This document shows positions 60,135 through 64,000 of a stretch of 64,000 nucleotides of DNA, piece after piece. The notes under the pieces are model-generated. The model worked only from the letters and a program-made list of their open reading frames with translations, did no database searches and had not been told where the DNA came from. Numbering within the stretch: the first letter of the stretch is position 1; each line of letters opens with the position of its first letter. The position numbers and the translations under genes are program-made. Source of the stretch: an uncultured Gammaproteobacteria bacterium (GTDB lineage: Bacteria; Pseudomonadota; Gammaproteobacteria; JACCXJ01); contig CAVXTM010000018.1 in the NCBI GenBank assembly GCA_963764725.1, positions 128,001-192,000 on the forward strand, given 5' to 3'.

Positions 60135-60622
60135 GCGTTCGGGCCGGATTCGGGGACCTTGCGGATCCTGAGCCGGTATAACACCGGCGACACCGCGATT
60201 TCCAAGAGATAAAACAACATGACGATGATCGCCACATCGAGAACCTTAAGGTCTAAGTAGGGGATTGCGACCAAGGCCGGAAAGAAGGCTTCCGGGATCT
60301 GGTCGAGACCGGTCACCGGGCTGCTCGATGCGACACCCATGCGCCGTTTGATGAAGCTCGAAAATAAATCACCGAGCATCGCCGCCGCGGCGAAGCAGGC
60401 GCCGAAGCCGGCCGAGAGGCCCAGAGCCGCAGCTGCCGCGATGCTCATGAGAAACGAGGCGAGGAGCCCGCGCACGGTTTTCGTGCTGCCGAAAATCGGC
60501 GCGCCGTCGATGAATGTCTTGCCGCCATCGAGCGGCCGGTTAAAGCGCTCGCCGAGCAGTCCCTGCGCGACGATCGGCGCCCCGTTCGCCACGCCCAAGA
60601 GGATCAAAACCTGTAATATCAT
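60131..60622 (-). CDS. CDP-archaeol synthase (CarS/DUF46)-like membrane protein
   Basis: ANGAP, PLDGG, GSTKTVRG, GDLFSSFIKRR, GLDQIPE. Confidence 0.8.
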   Translation of the reverse strand: MILQVLILLGVANGAPIVAQGLLGERFNRPLDGGKTFIDGAPIFGSTKTVRGLLASFLMSIAAAAALGLSAGFGACFAAAAMLGDLFSSFIKRRMGVASSSPVTGLDQIPEAFFPALVAIPYLDLKVLDVAIIVMLFYLLEIAVSPVLYRLRIRKVPESGPNA

Positions 60623-60699
60623 TGTCGTCTCGCCGCCGACCGTCGACCGCTGCGAGAAAGCGTCATCTTATTGCAAACGTGGACCCATAGGAATAGGTG

Positions 60700-60862
60700 G
60701 ACATAATACTTACATTCCCATTTCACATGGGCTAAGCTTTTCCAGTCTCGCATGACGATTCCCTCCTTATCCCTCGGGGCTTACGTTGGGAGGAATCGTC
60801 TCTTTTCTACCCCACAAACGGCATAGCCTTTTCACGTCCCGCCGGCAAAGCCGGTGGTTTAC
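60700..60862 (-). mobile_element. IS200-type element left end with the first ~18 codons of tnpA
   Basis: ATG 60753: MRDWKSLAHVKWECKYYV; RBS-sequestering stem GACGATTCC(C)TCC/GGAGGAATCGTC; subterminal hairpin CCGCCGGC-AAA-GCCGGTGG. Confidence 0.7.
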
Positions 60863-61059
60863 TGAGAAACTAATTATAGAGGCAATACAACCTTGTCGGT
60901 TAATCCCGAGGTGCCAAGTTGGTTGTCCGAGCAGGCCAAAACGCACCGGGCTTTAACCGATTGCGGCGCAGGGTTAAGCGAGTGAAAATGCTGCAGCGCA
61001 TAACCGCCGGCAGAGCGCGAACGGTGACTTTGTGTGAGGGTAGTTGTAGTGGTGACTGA

Positions 61060-61351
61060 CCCAAGGACGCTACAACGAAAACTGAACGACGCAGGCACCA
61101 CGTTTAACGCGGTCGTCGAAGACACGCGCCGAGAGCTGGCCCAACGGTACCTTAAGCAACCCGATCTCGCGATAAGCGAGATCGCTTATTTACTCGGTTT
61201 TTCGGAAACGGGCAACTTTTCGCGGGCTTTCAAGCGATGGGCCGGCGCCTCTCCGAGTGATTACCGCTCGCAGGGGCTGGGTGACTACGAAAGCGAGCGC
61301 ACGGAAGCCAATCAGGGAGTAACACGCGAAACGCCGCCTGGTGTTGTTTAG
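61060..61351 (+). pseudogene. AraC-family HTH C-terminal fragment
   Basis: RTLQRKL..GTTF, ISEIAYLLGFSE..NFSRAFKRWAG.SPSDYR; no sensing domain. Confidence 0.75.
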
Positions 61352-61506
61352 CTTGAAGGGTGTAGCCCCGTAGGTGATTTCCCGTAGCCGGCTTGAGACG
61401 TAACGAGGGTTTCATTATCCTGGTAGCGATTGGCTCGGACTTTCATTGGTAATCCAACAAGCGAGAGCCGTGCAAAACATGGCCTACTCACTCGGGGAAA
61501 TCTGTT

Positions 61507-61896
61507 ATGGAATCGAAAATACCTAAATCGAAAATACCTTCAATCGACCGTCTCACCCCCGCCAAGCTTCTCTGGGGAATATTGATAATCACTCTGATTG
61601 GGGCGGTAACCATAATTTTGCAAACTAGCGGACGGCAGAAGGCCACCGACGCCTTCATGCTGACGACCAAGCACCTGAAGGAAAACGCCGCGGCGGAGTG
61701 TCCCATCGCCATAAGACAGTTCCTCAAATCGGAACTTGGTACTGCGGACTACATGATCAGCGATGGCAGTACGAGTGTGACCTTGCAATGGAAAAACCCC
61801 GCTGGCGGTGAATTCACTGCGATCGATTGCACTTATATCCTGGATCGGGGCATCGTAAGCCTGGTGATTGACGGCAAGACCGTCGCCTCCAAATAG
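61507..61896 (+). CDS. Hypothetical membrane-anchored protein
   Basis: One TM segment followed by a small domain with two Cys. Confidence 0.55.
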   Translation: MESKIPKSKIPSIDRLTPAKLLWGILIITLIGAVTIILQTSGRQKATDAFMLTTKHLKENAAAECPIAIRQFLKSELGTADYMISDGSTSVTLQWKNPAGGEFTAIDCTYILDRGIVSLVIDGKTVASK

Positions 61897-61966
61897 GCCC
61901 GTGCGGCGTGCCGCCGGCAGCGCGTGCGGCGCCGCCGAACCCGAGTCAACGGCCCAGGAAGCCCGT

Positions 61967-62083
61967 TACCTCGCCGCTCGGGCGGCGGGGTATGAACCCC
62001 GCCCTTGACCAAAGGGGAGAGTTGCACTACTCCCCTTTGGAAACCCCAATGCTAGAGTGCCCGCCGTAAACGGCGGGGTATTC
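61967..62083. repeat. Three-hairpin element, diverged copy 3
   Basis: GGCGGGG-TATGAA-CCCCGCC, CCAAAGGGGAG/CTCCCCTTTGG-AAACCCC, CCCGCCG-TAAA-CGGCGGG. Confidence 0.75.
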
Positions 62084-62086
62084 AGA

Positions 62087-63856
62087 ATGAAGCCAGAAAA
62101 CCAGTTTTCGCTCCTGCGCGAGCGGCGTTTCGTTCCGTTCTTCTGGACCCAGTTCCTGGGCGCCTTCAATGACAACGTCTATAAGAACGCTCTCGTCATC
62201 ATGTTCGCCTTTCAGGTAACTTCGCTCAGCGCTCAAGATGCCAACGCGCTCATCAACCTCAGCGCCGCCATTTTCATCCTGCCCTTTTTTTTGTTTTCGG
62301 CGACCAGCGGGCAGATCGCGGACAAATACGAAAAATCCCGCCTTATTCGCTATACGGTTTTGCTCGAGGTTGGCCTCATGATCCTGGGTTCGGCCGGATT
62401 CTACCTCGGAAGCTTGGGCTTGCTGCTGTTCGCCTTGTTCCTAGGCGGGGTTCAATCGACGCTTTTCGGCCCGGTCAAGTATGCCTATTTGCCTCAGCAC
62501 TTGAAATCCGAAGAGCTTGTGGGCGGTAACGGCTTGGTCGAGATGGGCACCTTCGTCGCAATTCTGCTCGGCACCTTGCTCGGCGGGATACTCATCAGCG
62601 TGGCGACCTGGGGCAAGACCCTGGTATCGATCGCCACCGTGAGTACCGCCCTTCTAGCCTATGCGGTCAGCCGCCACATCCCGGTTACACCCGCGCCCGA
62701 TCCGCAGCTCACTATCCGCTGGAACCCGGTGACGGCCACCCGCGATACTCTGCGCTTCGCGCGCCACAATCTAACCGTGTTTTTATCGATCCTCGGGATC
62801 TCGTGGTTTTGGTTTTATGGGGCGACGTTTCTGTCGCAGTTCCCGAATTTCGCTAAAGAGGTCCTCGGCGGGGATGAGTCTGTCGTCACCTTGCTGCTCG
62901 CGCTTTTTTCGATCGGCATCGGGACCGGTTCCTTGCTCTGCGAGCGTATGTCCGGACGCGGCCTCGAGCTTGGTCTCGTACCGCTCGGCTCCATCGGGCT
63001 CACGCTATTCGCCGTCGATCTCTATTTCGCCTCCCGAGGTTTCGCGCAGCCATCCACGCTCGAGTGGACTGCGTTTATCGCGCGCCCCGAGGCTTGGCGC
63101 GTGGTGCTTGACCTGGTACTGCTCGGCGTCTTCGGGGGCTTTTACACCGTGCCTTTGTATGCGCTTATTCAAGCGCGCAGCGATCCCACCCACCGTTCCC
63201 GCATCATCGCCGGCAACAACATCCTCAACGCGCTCTTCATGGTCCTCTCGGCCGGATTCGCCATCGGACTCGGCCAGGCCGGTTTCACGGTCGCACAGGT
63301 CCTACTGCTTACCGGGATCGTTAACGCCTTCGTCGCGCTTTACATCTACACTTTGGTCCCGGAATTTCTCCTGCGCTTTATCGTCTGGCTGCTGGTTCAC
63401 TCCGTGTTCCCGATCAGGAAAACGGGACTGGAACACATTCCTCAAGCCGGAGCCGCGCTGCTCCGCTGCGAATCCGGCGGGATCGTGGACGCGCTTATCA
63501 TTGCCGCCGCCGTGCGCCGGCCGATCCGGTTTGTGGTCGCGGAGCGCTGGCTGCGCGCGCCGCTCATAGGCTTTCTCCTTCGCAGCGGCGGTGCCATTGC
63601 CCTGCCCGCGGACCCGGTGCAACCGCAGTTCGAGCAGGAGATAGCCGCAGCGCTCGCAGGCGGCGATCTGCTCTGCGTTTTCACCAATCCACAGGGTTCC
63701 GAACTTGTCCGTCCACTGGCCAAAATCCCCGTCATTAGGTTGGCGCTCCGAGACCGCTCCGGGATCCAATCCCGGCCACGGGGTTGGCGGGCGCTGTTTA
63801 ATACCATCGAGCTTTCAGCGTCGCCGCCCGTCGCCGCGAATGATAAAGTGAGTTAG
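62087..63856 (+). CDS. LplT-like MFS transporter fused to a degenerate acyltransferase domain
   Basis: TQFLGAFNDN..KNAL, GPVKYAYLPQ, GNGLVEMGTF, RIIAGNNILNA; the C-terminal PlsC-like part lacks HX4D. Confidence 0.85.
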   Translation: MKPENQFSLLRERRFVPFFWTQFLGAFNDNVYKNALVIMFAFQVTSLSAQDANALINLSAAIFILPFFLFSATSGQIADKYEKSRLIRYTVLLEVGLMILGSAGFYLGSLGLLLFALFLGGVQSTLFGPVKYAYLPQHLKSEELVGGNGLVEMGTFVAILLGTLLGGILISVATWGKTLVSIATVSTALLAYAVSRHIPVTPAPDPQLTIRWNPVTATRDTLRFARHNLTVFLSILGISWFWFYGATFLSQFPNFAKEVLGGDESVVTLLLALFSIGIGTGSLLCERMSGRGLELGLVPLGSIGLTLFAVDLYFASRGFAQPSTLEWTAFIARPEAWRVVLDLVLLGVFGGFYTVPLYALIQARSDPTHRSRIIAGNNILNALFMVLSAGFAIGLGQAGFTVAQVLLLTGIVNAFVALYIYTLVPEFLLRFIVWLLVHSVFPIRKTGLEHIPQAGAALLRCESGGIVDALIIAAAVRRPIRFVVAERWLRAPLIGFLLRSGGAIALPADPVQPQFEQEIAAALAGGDLLCVFTNPQGSELVRPLAKIPVIRLALRDRSGIQSRPRGWRALFNTIELSASPPVAANDKVS

Positions 63857-64000
63857 ATAGCCATAAAGTATGGGTCTTCAGCAAAATTTGTGGCCCAACT
63901 CGGTGGACATGGGAACGCTGCGGCGCGCGTTGTCTGAGCCCCTGGACTGCGTGATGGGCGAGCGCAGCTAGGCCCCGACAATCGGCCGGTCTCTCTGTTG

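Overview
Chromosomal segment of a GC-rich (about 60-65% by eye) bacterium, most likely a gammaproteobacterium, judged from the zapB-like/zapA/6S RNA/pepP/ubiH/ubiI synteny. The backbone carries mutM (3' end), phoD, aceB, purC, tdh-kbl, folP and an MFS-acyltransferase. A nitrogen-control theme runs through it: nasT fused to nrtA, nrtBCD, a short chlorite dismutase, an NtrC/sigma54 promoter ahead of a long RNA hairpin, and a sigma54-driven CP-ATP-grasp/alpha-E/transglutaminase/Anbu operon. Accessory material includes a PhaZ7-like PHB depolymerase, a SWIM-SNF2 helicase, an uncharacterised diheme lipoprotein/GMC oxidoreductase/DUF4331 cluster, a kaiC-kaiB-PAS kinase block, and a 4.6-kb island bounded by a 254-bp duplication of the ubiH/ubiI junction. 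The island holds a T7-like RNA polymerase N-terminal fragment, a truncated transposase and a PIN toxin-antitoxin pair. Non-coding elements include three copies of a three-hairpin element (about 127 bp) with compensatory changes, two ~195-bp promoter-bearing repeats, a 127-bp MITE and an IS200 remnant. Many genes are broken mainly by single-base insertions, which looks more like long-read error than pseudogenisation. I saw no tRNA, rRNA or CRISPR array. All family assignments come from motif recognition, not database searches.
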